From contig NW_013657665.1 in the NCBI RefSeq assembly GCF_000142905.1, positions 1 to 64,000 of the forward strand: a stretch of 64,000 bases of DNA, in the 5' to 3' direction. Positions 24,011-34,816 of the stretch are shown one piece after another. The notes beneath the pieces were generated by a model, which was not told the DNA's origin, ran no database searches, and worked only from the letters and a program-made list of their open reading frames with translations. The position numbers and the translations under genes are program-made. Position 1 is the stretch's first letter, and each line of letters opens with the position of its first letter. The stretch is from Thecamonas trahens ATCC 50062. Taxonomy: Eukaryota; Protista; Apusomonadida.

Positions 24011-24521
24011 GGCTGTGGGCGGACCGAAGGGTTGGGGGTTGGGGGGGGGGGGGTGAGCGGAGGGCGGGGAGGAGGGCGGAGGGGAGGGGGAGTGACACGA
24101 TTGTGATCATGGCCTGTGTTCAACCAGAGCGAAGAAGGGCCAAAAAAAGGGTATTGTCAGAAGAACACACCAAGCGTCAGCCAACAACCACCGCCATGGG
24201 CAGTGGCGCCAACTTCAAGACTAACTGGGTAGAGCGTGCTGTGTCTGGTACGTACTTTCTCGTGTGTGAGACGAGGGAATACACCTACGACCATGACCTC
24301 CTTGGCTGTGGCCGTTGGTGGCAGGCAGAGGTCAGTCGGTGGCGGCCATGCTTGCGGCGCACGACCTTTTTCCGCTCGCCGACGACGACTCGGCGACTCG
24401 GCTAATGGTCGGTTCGGTTGGTTCGGTCGGTCGGTCGGTCGGTTCGAGCGACGGTCGGTCTCGCAGGCCAGAGGGGCCAGGCCTGTGGCATCTGTCTTGT
24501 TGTATTCTCCAGAGGGCAGCC

Positions 24522-24694
24522 ATGTCGGAGACTGGAGAGGCGATGACACAACCTATTGTAAGTGGTGGGTGGGGGGTTTGGTTGAGCTGGGGGTGGCGGG
24601 GTGGGGGTGAGGTGAGAGGGAATGTGTAAAGTGGGCGGGGGAGGGGGGGACGGGGAGGAGGAGGATGGGGGGGTGGAGGCTGGTTGGACTCACG

Positions 24695-24769
<75 letters not shown>

Positions 24770-25378
24770 GGTGGGTGGTNNNNNNNNNNNNNNNNNNNNN
24801 NNNNNNNNNNNNNNNNNNNNNNNNNNNNNNNNNNNNNNNNNNNNNNNNNNNNNNNNNNNNNNNNNNNNNNNNNNNNNNNGTGTGTGTGTGTGTGTGTGTA
24901 TGTGGGTGGGTGGTTGTGGATGGAGGGGGGGTACGGGGGGGGTGACTATGCTGTGCGTATGTGTGGGCGTGGGTGGCGGGCGGTGGCGGGCTGTGGCTGC
25001 GGGCGATGGCTGCTGCTGCGGTTGGTGGAACGATGGACAACTGGGCGTGGTGATGGACACCTGGGCATGGTGGTGAATTGGGGCTGGACAACGAGGGTGT
25101 AGAACCTGATCTTCCGGTTTCTGGTCCAGAAGATGCGGGTGCTGGTCTGGCTGCGGGACAACACTAAGCTGCAGATTGAGGGCGTCATCATCGGGTACGA
25201 CGAGTTTATGAACCTGACGCTCACTGACGCGGCAGAGATCACTTTGCAGAAGGGCAAGCGGATCGGCGAGCCGGTCGACATTGGCCGCATTCTGCTCAAG
25301 GGCAACAACATCGCTCTCATTCAGCCGGCGCCCGTTCCTGTTGACGACGGCGCGCCCGCGGCCATGACCGAGGCCTAG
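24522..25378 (+). CDS. SNRPE: Small nuclear ribonucleoprotein E (SmE); exons 24522-24557 and 25103-25378, possible extra 5' exon 24196-24247
   Basis: Spliced MTQPI|NLIFRFL..RVLVWL..IEGVIIGYDEFMNL.L..GRILLKGNNIALIQ. GTAAGT donor and GTGTAG acceptor. Confidence 0.92.
24700..24763. repeat. (GT)n microsatellite (others at ~9759-9797 and (CA)n at ~41977-42016)
   Basis: Directly visible dinucleotide runs. Confidence 0.95.
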
Positions 25379-25842
25379 TAGCCGCAGTAAAGCCAAATGC
25401 CTTCCTCCTCCTTCTCCACCGCACCGCCACCACGCACCGCCGTCGAATCATCGCAAGCAATGCCACAAGAGCAAGAGCACCCCCGTCCATGCGCACCACG
25501 GACCACCACGCCAGCCATCACCACGCCAACTCCCACGCAGCCTCATCTAGAACCCGACCACATCCGCAAGCTTTGCCAATGGGGAGGCCATCGAGCTTAG
25601 CACAACCTACTACAACCATCGCAATCGATGATCATGGCTGGCATCAGCGAGTGGTCCGGCACGACTAGCCATGTGGCGGCATGAGCAGCCCAACTCCCGC
25701 CCGAGCCAGGGGCGAGCGGACAGCGCACCTGCACTCAACTCGTCAGACAGCTCCGCCGATAGCCAGCCAAAGAGCCTACTCCGCCAGTTGCTGACCATCC
25801 AGCCAGCCAGACAGCTAGCTCCCCTCCTTACCTTGCTCAGCC

Positions 25843-27619
25843 ATGCAAAAGGTTGTACTTATGGTAGTAGCCATGGTGGCTCTTGGCTGTCTCCTCTCCC
25901 TCCTCCCCTCGTCCAAGCTCACGACACCACCAACACTCAATCGTCATCAGTGTATGTGCACTCCCCGCGCATGTCCCTCTCATCTCAATCCCTCCCCCCC
26001 CCCCCCCCCCCTTCCCCTTCCCCGTCTCCCTCCTCCATGTCGTCCCTTTGACGTGTTCATCCATGTCCTGCAACGTTGCAAGTGGCCCGGTTTGCGAGTT
26101 TATAGTTGCAACACGGTCGGCGTAGCAGAGGGTAGTCTTGCACGCGCCCGGCGTATCGCCAGTGATCTGGCACGTAACCAACGCATCGCCAGTGTCCTCG
26201 CACGCGACTGGCGTAGCACAAGTAACGTCGCACGCGCCCGGCGTATCGCCAGTAATCTGGCACGTAACCGGCGCATCGCCAGCGTCCTCGCACGCAACCA
26301 GCAAAACACAGCGCCACGATGCTCGGTCTAGACCCGACACCGCCGATCTGATGCACATCCTCCAGATCAGCCACACTCATCTATATCCCCCCCCCCCCCC
26401 CCCCTCACTCACTCTCCCCCTTCCTCGTACAGCCGAGGTCACCGTCGATCGGCCGAAGACCCCATCACCGCGGAGAGACCCGCCTCCCAGGCCACAATCT
26501 GTAGGACGCAAGTACGTACTACTTCATCAAGACCCGCTGCCGACGGCAGCGACATGGATCGGCCAGAAGCCCAATGATACACTGACGTGGAATGGCGCGG
26601 AGCTGCCGTTCTGTTACAGCCCCGAGTTTGACTACCCGGACGTCCTCGCCTACCGCGACCAGCACGTGTGTATGCCCTCGTTCAACATCATCGGCACTCT
26701 CAAGGGCGGCACTTCGTCGATGTACACCTACATGCAAAATCATCCGGCTGTCTACTCGCCGTTCAAGAAGGAGCTCTGCTGGTTCCGCTTTGTTCGCATT
26801 CCCGGCTCGGACGTCGCCGACCCGGACATGCTCCGCCGTCGCCTCCCGCTCATCCCGCGCGCCAATGAGCATGGCATCACCGGCCTCGGCTGTCCGTTCT
26901 ACCTCGCAGATTACGGCGTCTCCGAGCTTGTCAAGGAAATCTTTCCGCGGCTCCGGCTCATCGTCATGCTGCGGAACCCTATCGACCGCCTCTACTCGAT
27001 GTTCAACATGCGGGTCCGCTACACCGACGACGGCTTTACTGGCCGCGAGAAGTTTGAGGACTTTGTCCGCTGCCAGCGCGGCTCGCATGGCAACGTCATG
27101 TGTACCTCGGACCACGAGGGCACCCGCGACTTTATCTACGAGTCGATGTACGTTCTCCACTTTCGCCGCTGGATCCGCGACTTTCCGCTCTCGCCGCAGT
27201 GGATCATCATCGACTCGGCCGAGTTCTACGCCGACGAGGAGCAAACAATGCGCAAGGTATTCGCTCACCTTGGTCTCCCGCCGTTCGACTTTCCCAATGG
27301 CTCCTTCCGGCCAATCAACGCCGACCCACAAAAGGCGCACCACATCATGGATCCTAAGCTTCGCGGCCTCCTCGACGAGTTCTATGCCCCGTACTCAGAG
27401 CAGCTCTACGACCTCCTCGACTACGACTTTGGCTGGCACGACACAGACCGCCTCAACGCCCGCCGCTTCCCTTTCAACGAACTATTTCACGAGGATGGTA
27501 CCCCATCCAACGCCACCTACACTTTGCGCGACGACCCTTCCATCGAGGACGCTCGATTCTACAGACCACCCGCATTTGGCGTCCGCCCCAAGGCCAAGAA
27601 ACCCAAGCCTCGGAACTGA
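25843..27619 (+). CDS. Type II Golgi sulfotransferase, heparan sulfate 3-O-/N-sulfotransferase-like fold; exons 25843-25951 and 26433-27619
   Basis: Signal-anchor MQKVVLMVVAMVALGCLLSLL; GTATGT...TACAG intron keeps the frame; 5'-PSB IIGTLKGGTSS, KEL, and 3'-PB LRNPIDRLYS. Confidence 0.85.
26140..26300. repeat. 30-bp minisatellite (5 units plus a partial one, 90-bp higher-order period) inside the sulfotransferase intron
   Basis: GCACG recurs at 26140, 26170, 26200, 26230, 26260 and 26290; unit 1 resembles unit 4 and unit 2 resembles unit 5. Confidence 0.9.
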
Positions 27620-27624
27620 CACTG

Positions 27625-30600
27625 CTAAGCGTGCGGCTGGAATACAAACGTGTCGGCTGTGACAGAGCCCGGCCTCGGGCCCGGCGCCGCAAGCACCACA
27701 GGCTGCGTTGCAGCGTGCGATGCAGACACCCGCCGCAGCGGGCTCGAGCCCGCAGTCGCATTGTGTGCAAATGGCGCAGAGGGCGACTGTTTGCGCGACC
27801 GGATTGGCCGGCCTTGTGATGGCGCCTGCGGCCGCGCGTTAGCCGCAGAAAACTGCGCCCGCGCAGTCGCAGACGACGGCAGGCCGGCAGCTGCATCACC
27901 TGGTTCGGTGTACGTCTCCATCGGCGCCACCGCAGACTTGTATGGCGAAGCCGCGGGGCTCTCGTCGAGCTGGAACACAGAGCTCTCCAGCCAGAGGAAC
28001 CGCTTGATGAGAATCGTCACTGGCTCAACAACTGTAAAGTCAGTAAAGAGCCCTGCCGCAAACGCAATGAGGACAGACTGGTGGTAGTCGACAAGGGTCT
28101 TGGGCAGGAACAGCTCGTTGCCGAGAATGAGAAACGCGTTGAGCGCAGAGAACGAGAGTGCAGAGACCACTCCGCCGGCCTTCGCCAGCGCCGCCACGCG
28201 CGCCTTGGTGACCGCACCAGCGCTTTGAACAGCGCAAGTCCCATCAGCACCGAAAGCAGCGACGAAACAATCGCAGAGAGCGCGTACCCGGTGATCGAGC
28301 CTTCCTCATCCTTGAACATGATGAGAATCGCCACAGACGTCGCATACGTGATGTTGAGCTGGAGCACAAGCGCTACAACTCGTGGGCCCGCAGCGAACGG
28401 GTCGCTCCGGTGGACAAAGATGATGCCAAGCACAGAGTGTTCCCGCACAAGCTTGGTGAACAGCGAGGCCTTGACGTGGTTGTCAGGCATTTCTGTCGAG
28501 TTCATCGTCCGCTTGTACACTGTCATCGCCGCCACCGCAATCGCCACCGCCGCCAGAAAGTACGCCGTCCACGCCACCGTGGACGTAGCCGGATCGGTGT
28601 TGATCTCAAACAAGTCAGACCGCTGCTCACGGCCCGGGTTCGTCGCCACAGTCGCACACACCGATGGACGGAAGACCGGCATCGGCGGCGCAGGTGGCGA
28701 TGGCGGTACAGACGGTGGCATCGGCGGCGAGGGCGGCGCAGGCGGCGTCGGTGGCGCGGATCCGATCGGCGGAATGAAACACTCATAGCCGGGCTCCACC
28801 ACGCATCCATCGCTGCATCCGTCGCCGTTGACGGTGTTGCCGTCGTCGCACGCCTCCACGTCACCGTTCACCACTCCATCTCCGCACGCCGTCATGTTGA
28901 AAACAGGTGGCGGCCCCACGCCCGAGAACGCCACGTCGATCATCACAGAGCCCATCGAGACTTGCCGCACTAGCGCTGGCGGCTTGTACACGTACGAGTA
29001 TTTGAGCTCAACCGTCCGCATGCCGCTCACAACCGGACTCCCGCCAATGTACACCGCCAGCGACCGGAGTCCGGCGATCACAACTTCAGCCGAGACGTTG
29101 GTGGCGGTAAACCCAAAGTCGAGGCCGTTGGCCGGGGGCGGCGACGGCGCAGCCCACAGCTGCGGCTCTGCTGGTCGTGCGCTCCCACTGGGAAAGATAA
29201 AGAACGTGCCGGCTTCGCTTGGATTGGCTTCCACTTCATAGTAGACACCAACCCCAGCAACGAGAACCTCAATCGAGCCGGTCTCCACCATCACAATGTC
29301 TGACGCAGCAAAGCCGGCTGTCTTGCCAGCGGTAAACGTGACATTAGCAAAGAGTCGCGGATCGGCGATGGGCTGCATCGTCAGCGAGGTGTCAAAGAGG
29401 CCAGAGCTTCGCGTCGCATCTGTCGTGCTCACCTCGGCCGCCATGATCGCCGACCGGACCGTCACACTCCGCCCGGCCGTCATCCACTCGCCGGCGCTCG
29501 ACACAAACTTGGGCGCAAAGATCGCGTCTGCTTGTGGCTCAGGCATGTACACGCTCAACGGCGGCGCAAGCGTCCCGAACATGTCACGGACGACAAATGT
29601 GATGTTTTTCGCGGTCGTCGGAGGCAGTCGCACATCGCCGTCCTGGCAGTGCATCGACAGCGCCGTCCGCGCAATCTCGCCAAGCATGGCGCCCGTCACG
29701 CCTGCGTCTGACACGCTCAGTGCCCATTCGTTGGCACCCGCCTCGTGTTTGAGCACAACACTGTTGGTCAGGCCGTAGCCCGAGATCCATGGCGGGTCAA
29801 ACGCAAATGTTCCCGTTGTCCGCGACTCGAACACGTCGCAGCTTTGGTAGCCATTGGTGATCGACCAGCTGAGAGAGGCACCGAGTAGGCCGAGCCATGC
29901 AAGGTCGTCGTCAGCAGCGCCTGACACGTTGAACATGCCGCCAATCCGTGTCGGATCAAGCACGTCCACTGGTCCAAACGGCGGCGGTTGAGCCGCAAAC
30001 GCAAGCGGCACCACTGTAGCCGGCGACAACGACAGCGCGTTCGCCGGCGGGGTGACAAGCGCCACAGGCAAAAACTCGTTGGCTCCCGTGTCCCACCCTA
30101 GGAACAGGCCACCATTCCACCCTACGGCACCCTGGGCACTGATCATGGTGGGGAACGACGGCGGCGTCAGCCCAATAATGTGCGACGAGTTGGTGGACTC
30201 GATGACAGAGCTGGCCGCGTCGTCAAGCTGCGCCACATATGTCAGTCCGTACGCGGATGCGGTGAATAGCATCGACGGCGCGCCGCCCACAATCTGCGGC
30301 CAGAGCTCGAAATCGCCAAACAGCATCGGCGGCATGCCTTGAGGTGGAGGCGGGGAGGAGAAGCCCGGCGGTGGGACCGAGAAGTCCGGCATGCCGGCAA
30401 TCACAGTCGAGCTGAGGACCTTGGTCGACCAGTTGAGGCGGAACAAGACCACCGTCCCATTGTTAAAGCCGACCATAGTAGTCGCCTCGGCCGCGTCGAA
30501 CACAGGAGTAGTGATGGCAGGCACTGGTGGGGTGTAGCTGGTGGTGCAGCTGTGACCATACAGTGTTCGCGTGGTCGCTCCAGTAATGGTAAACGGCCAA

Positions 30601-31364
30601 AAGCAGAGAAGCATTGCTGCACCAATGTTGTGGCTCGAGATGGCGAGGCCGCGGCCGGTAGCGACGTCGACCGTGAACCGGGGCTCGATCCCGGTGTTGC
30701 TCACCGCATTGAGCGGGCCGCCGCCGGTCGTGAGATCAGTGCCTGGAATGACCGACACTCCCGAGAGCGTAAAGCCAAGGAGCAGAGGCTTGTTGCTGTT
30801 GGAGACGAGAAGAATGTGACCAAGGTGCGAGGTGCCCACTCGCACCTCTCGGCCGCAAAAGGCTGAGCCGCAGCCCTGAAACTCGTGCGAGGCGACGAGC
30901 CCACCTCCGACCGTCAGATTCGCCACCACAACATGCGATCGCATGAGCGGTCCAGGCGCATGCTTCTCGCCGGCGATGACCAGCTTACGCGCACCTTGGT
31001 CGTCCATGACAATGACAGAAGACAGCCGAGTCATGTTGATGTTGGCCAGGGCGGGGAGGTTAGCCGAGAGATCGACCACAGCTGGGCAGTACATGGCTTG
31101 TGAGCCACCAAGTAAGCACGAGACAGCACATACATGACCACCATAGCAAGATCCAGTCAGCGCCACCCGACTCCTGCCGTCGTCATCCACATACGTCACC
31201 GCACTCGGCCGCTCCATTGGGTCGTTAAAGACCGACGTTCCGCCCATGCCTCCGGCCATGTTGAGGGCATGGAGGCTGAGCTTAGCACCGCAACAGCCCC
31301 ACGCCGAGACCAGCGCAAAGGCCACAAACATGTACATTATGATGAACCGGCTCGGCTCCAACAT
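27625..31364 (-). CDS. Large cell-surface protein: signal peptide, long ectodomain, DUF4215-type Cys repeat, Pro-rich stalk, ~5 TM polycystin-1-like segment; frameshift at ~28225
   Basis: CGDGVVNGDVEACDDGNTVNGDGCSDGCVVEPGYEC; REHSVLGIIF..DPF..PRVVAL; ORF 27625-28197 continues the TM bundle ending FTVVEPVTILI. Confidence 0.7.
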
Positions 31365-32042
31365 GGCTATTGTGTGATGGGCAGGACGCACCGTGCACGG
31401 AGGAGGAAGTGGTGCGAAGAGCCGTGTCTGGCTGCAACGGAAGTTCCGCACTGCTTCACAAAGTGGCAAAGGAACAAGTTGGACATTGTCACGGTAGACC
31501 CCGCCAAATAAAAGACATTGCCGCGACTGCCACCAGTCGCTAACTCTCGCGGCCAATGCCAGCGAAGCGAAGCGGCTAACATCTTACTTTGCCAAGAGCT
31601 CCGATGGTGTCGACACAGTCGGCTCCGACGGAGCGGGAGCCCACCCGCCCACCCTTTCTGATGACGATGCGCGACGACGACGACGGGCGCCATCTCGGCG
31701 ACCAGTCCTTACTTTGACTTTGTGTGTACGCGAACCATCGAACGGCTCATGCACACGCGCGCATCACCGTGCCAATTGACAAGATGTGCTGGCTAGGATG
31801 GTGGGCACAGTAAATGCGAGGAATTCTCTCAAGCCATCAAGCCAACAGAGCGACCGCTCGGCCGGCAACCGAGAGCGTGTCCACTCTCCCCTAACCCAGC
31901 CTCTGCTGCCGAAAATATCCGTCGTCCGCTGTGCAATCGACACGCGTCGAATGACGTGCCACAAGACAACGGCCAGGCCAAGGCAGAGCAACCGAGCTCA
32001 GTCATGGCCGCGTCCACCACCAGTGAACGGAACGGCTTACTG

Positions 32043-32083
32043 TGACTAACTAACTGATTCTAATGACTGACTAAATGACTAAC
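32043..32083 (+). repeat. Left subterminal TGACT(A/G) repeats of the hAT element
   Basis: TGACTA at 32043, 32068 and 32076; TGACTG at 32064. Confidence 0.8.
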
Positions 32084-32101
32084 AGCTGATGCGTATCGTC
32101 A

Positions 32102-34642
32102 CTACAGTTTCTTCGTCAGCTCAAAGTCGAAAAGCATCCATGCACGCAGGAGCATCATCTTCTCGGCGCGCAGAGCCGAGAGGCGGTTCCGCTTCCTCGT
32201 CATCATGTCTGTCGCCACCGAGTTGAGCCGTTCGACGCTGGCAGCGGAGGCCGATGGAAGAAGGATCCCCTGGCCCCACAAGCGGAACCTCGCACACAGC
32301 ACCTGGATCCGCCGTACGTCAGCCTTGCGGTTCCAGTTCTTGCGAGACTCGAGACCGACGCACACGTCCTCAAACTTAGCCAACACGTCGCCTACGGACA
32401 AACTTGAAGAGGTAGAGATTAGCCGACTGTTGTACAACGTAGCCGTGAGAACCTTGCAGAACACTTCGACGAGCTTGTAGTTGCTGAACGAAGCCACAGA
32501 CGCAGGCGTATCGTTCACCGTCATCTTTCGCACCTTGCAGCCGCGAACCTCATCAACGCTCTTCGCGCGCAGGCGCTTCCCCGCGTTCTTCTCGCGCTTG
32601 GCAATGTTACGAGCGCGCGCCTCGCGCTCCGCGGCCATCCGCGAGCGCGCCTGTGGCGATGAAGCCGGCTCAGCCATTACCACCTTGGATGGCCCACCGG
32701 CAGCAGACATACTCGGGGAAAAGTACGTGGGGTCCCGCGATTCTTGCGGCAGCGTGTTGCTCGCTCCGCTCGATGACGCCGCAGTATGCGACGGGAGCGT
32801 GGATAGAATGTCCAGGAGCTTGGGCTCAAGGACGTCTGCCAAGCGACGCCACATGTCATGGTGGACCTCAGCAGCGGTCGCCAGATGGCGCACACCAAGC
32901 GAGTTGTTGGCGTCGGCGACAACTCCCTGGACATACATAAGGTCGTCCTTGGTGACAGTCGTGTCAATAAGGAGAGCAAAGAGGCACGCATCCTCTTTGT
33001 ACAAGTACGCAACCTGTTTGTACACTGCCTGGGTGGCGATGTCGCACAGCTGTTGGATCCTAGGGATATCCTCGTTGTTGATCTTGAGCTCTGCCAGATC
33101 GTCCACAATCCCCACCATCGTAAGGAGCGAAAGGGAGGACGACATATCGGACGTCTGAGACATGACGCACGAGTTGTTGATCGTGAGGAGTACCTCCACA
33201 GCGTCATGTACCTCGTCCCACTCGCTCGCGGTCAACTTAGCCGGGGCACCCGCGATCTCAGTCGAAACAAAATCCACGGCATCCTTCATCCTCGACGCCC
33301 GTTCCAGCATAGTCACCGTCGAGCCCCAGCGAGTACTCACGTCCGGCCGCAACGACGTGTATGTTACCAGGACGGGTGGAGACGGTTTGTCATCCACGGT
33401 TACTTGACCAAGCTGGACATCCATCTCATATGAGTTCAGCGCGGACTTGTATGCGTGCGTAGCCTCGATGTTCTTCTTGTTGATGAAGTGGCGCATCGTG
33501 CGCTTGGCCTTGGACGAGCGAGAGATGAAAGAGACAAGGCGGCGCAGCTTAGAAATTGCGTCAGTGCTTCCCACGAGCGGGGCAGAGGCAAAGTCATCGG
33601 ATGCAACGGTATCACTCAGCGTCGGCCACTCTGACGACGACAACGATGCCACCTCCGAGAACCCATCCTCGTTTTCGACGTCCTCGTCGTCCGTGTCCTC
33701 GCCTACCCCGCCCATCTCGAGTACGGCCGTGTCACGGCTCGAGACCAAGTCTGTTTGCACCAAGGCAGGATCCAGCTCACTGTCAGCCTGTACCGCCTTG
33801 AGCACGTCACCGACGATGCGCTGAATGCGGTGGGAGAGACATGGATGCCACGGGAGTTCGAGGAAGCGCTTTGTCATCCGGGGCATGAGCGCCGTTGTGT
33901 CGCTAGACAAGGCGACTACCTGGACCCAGTCAATCCCGAACTCTGTCACACAGAGCTTCACCACCTTGGCGAGATTCTCGGCGTTGGCGGAGAGATATGT
34001 GGTGTCGTACTCGGCGCTGTCGTCAGACGTTGAGCGAACAGCGTTCATGAGATCGGCGGTGAGCGCCTTGAACCCGATGGGGATTGTCATGCGCACTCCC
34101 GAACTGTAGAACTGGGCACACACACCGAGAAAGGTATGGCGCGTCCCAGACGACGTCCACTCATCGACGATGAGGGAGATAGGCCCGTCCCCAATGTGCT
34201 CCTGCATCTTGGTGCGGTACTTGAGGAAAACGCGATCGAGTACACCCTCACGCAGGTGCTTCTCGCACGGTAGAATCTTGCGCACGCTCGTCGCACTCAA
34301 ACCCACTGCGACAGCGAACATGTGGGCGAGGTACGGGTCTTCGATCGACGCAAACGAGCGGTGCTTGTACAGCACGCTCTTGAGCGCGTATTCCGCAACG
34401 CGCGGCTTTGCAGCCTTCAAGCGGTCTTCCGAGGGGAAGTACGCCTGCAGCTGCTGGCTGGACGTGGGGACATCAACGTCCAGCGCCGACAGCACCTCGC
34501 TGTGGGCGTTTCGGAAGTGGCTTTTGATATTTGAGGTCGACTTGAAACTGTTGAGGCTAATCTGCTTGCCGCAGAGCCTGCAGCAAGGAGCCTCTCTGTT
34601 CTGGTGCGTGACAAGCTGCCACAAGGCCGAAGAACGGGGCAT
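32102..34642 (-). CDS. hAT transposase (BED zinc finger, DDE core, C-terminal hATC motif), 846 aa
   Basis: W..CRLCGK..TSNIKSHFRNAH (BED); IVDEWTS, SSDTT, CLSH, TRWGST and SAASVERLNS..RKRNRLS motifs; no stops or frameshifts. Confidence 0.92.
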   Translation of the reverse strand: MPRSSALWQLVTHQNREAPCCRLCGKQISLNSFKSTSNIKSHFRNAHSEVLSALDVDVPTSSQQLQAYFPSEDRLKAAKPRVAEYALKSVLYKHRSFASIEDPYLAHMFAVAVGLSATSVRKILPCEKHLREGVLDRVFLKYRTKMQEHIGDGPISLIVDEWTSSGTRHTFLGVCAQFYSSGVRMTIPIGFKALTADLMNAVRSTSDDSAEYDTTYLSANAENLAKVVKLCVTEFGIDWVQVVALSSDTTALMPRMTKRFLELPWHPCLSHRIQRIVGDVLKAVQADSELDPALVQTDLVSSRDTAVLEMGGVGEDTDDEDVENEDGFSEVASLSSSEWPTLSDTVASDDFASAPLVGSTDAISKLRRLVSFISRSSKAKRTMRHFINKKNIEATHAYKSALNSYEMDVQLGQVTVDDKPSPPVLVTYTSLRPDVSTRWGSTVTMLERASRMKDAVDFVSTEIAGAPAKLTASEWDEVHDAVEVLLTINNSCVMSQTSDMSSSLSLLTMVGIVDDLAELKINNEDIPRIQQLCDIATQAVYKQVAYLYKEDACLFALLIDTTVTKDDLMYVQGVVADANNSLGVRHLATAAEVHHDMWRRLADVLEPKLLDILSTLPSHTAASSSGASNTLPQESRDPTYFSPSMSAAGGPSKVVMAEPASSPQARSRMAAEREARARNIAKREKNAGKRLRAKSVDEVRGCKVRKMTVNDTPASVASFSNYKLVEVFCKVLTATLYNSRLISTSSSLSVGDVLAKFEDVCVGLESRKNWNRKADVRRIQVLCARFRLWGQGILLPSASAASVERLNSVATDMMTRKRNRLSALRAEKMMLLRAWMLFDFELTKKL

Positions 34643-34682
34643 GCTGCGTGTGAGAGGGGTGTCTCCGTCTTGATCACCATCT

Positions 34683-34746
34683 TAGTCATTGACGTTTGAC
34701 TGACTAACTAATGACTAAATCTTTTGACTACGAATGACTATGACTA
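34683..34746 (+). repeat. Right subterminal TGACT(A/G) repeats of the hAT element
   Basis: TGACTA at 34701, 34712, 34725, 34735 and 34741; TGACTG at 34697; one inverted TAGTCA at 34683. Confidence 0.8.
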
Positions 34747-34816
34747 TCGTCGTTCCGTACACTGTCCACCACACAACTACTTTGCTCCCACACGTCTCTT
34801 CCTCACAAAGACTACC

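Larger units (their letters stand above)
32021..34764 (-). mobile_element. Complete, apparently autonomous hAT-superfamily DNA transposon (2,744 bp)
   Basis: Left TIR CAGTGAACGGAACG (32021-32034); right TIR CGTTCCGTACACTG (34751-34764), whose reverse complement is CAGTGTACGGAACG (1 mismatch). 8-bp TSD TCCACCAC at 32013-32020 and 34765-34772. Encloses the transposase ORF. Confidence 0.95.

Noticed and set aside
32102-34642. RNA-guided (Fanzor/TnpB) cargo in the transposon
   Set aside because: No RuvC or zinc-ribbon ORF, and no room for a guide RNA; the element holds only the hAT transposase.
34724-34816. ORF-track N-terminal extension of the formin
   Set aside because: Starts at a TTG inside the transposon end; the probable start is the ATG at 34817.
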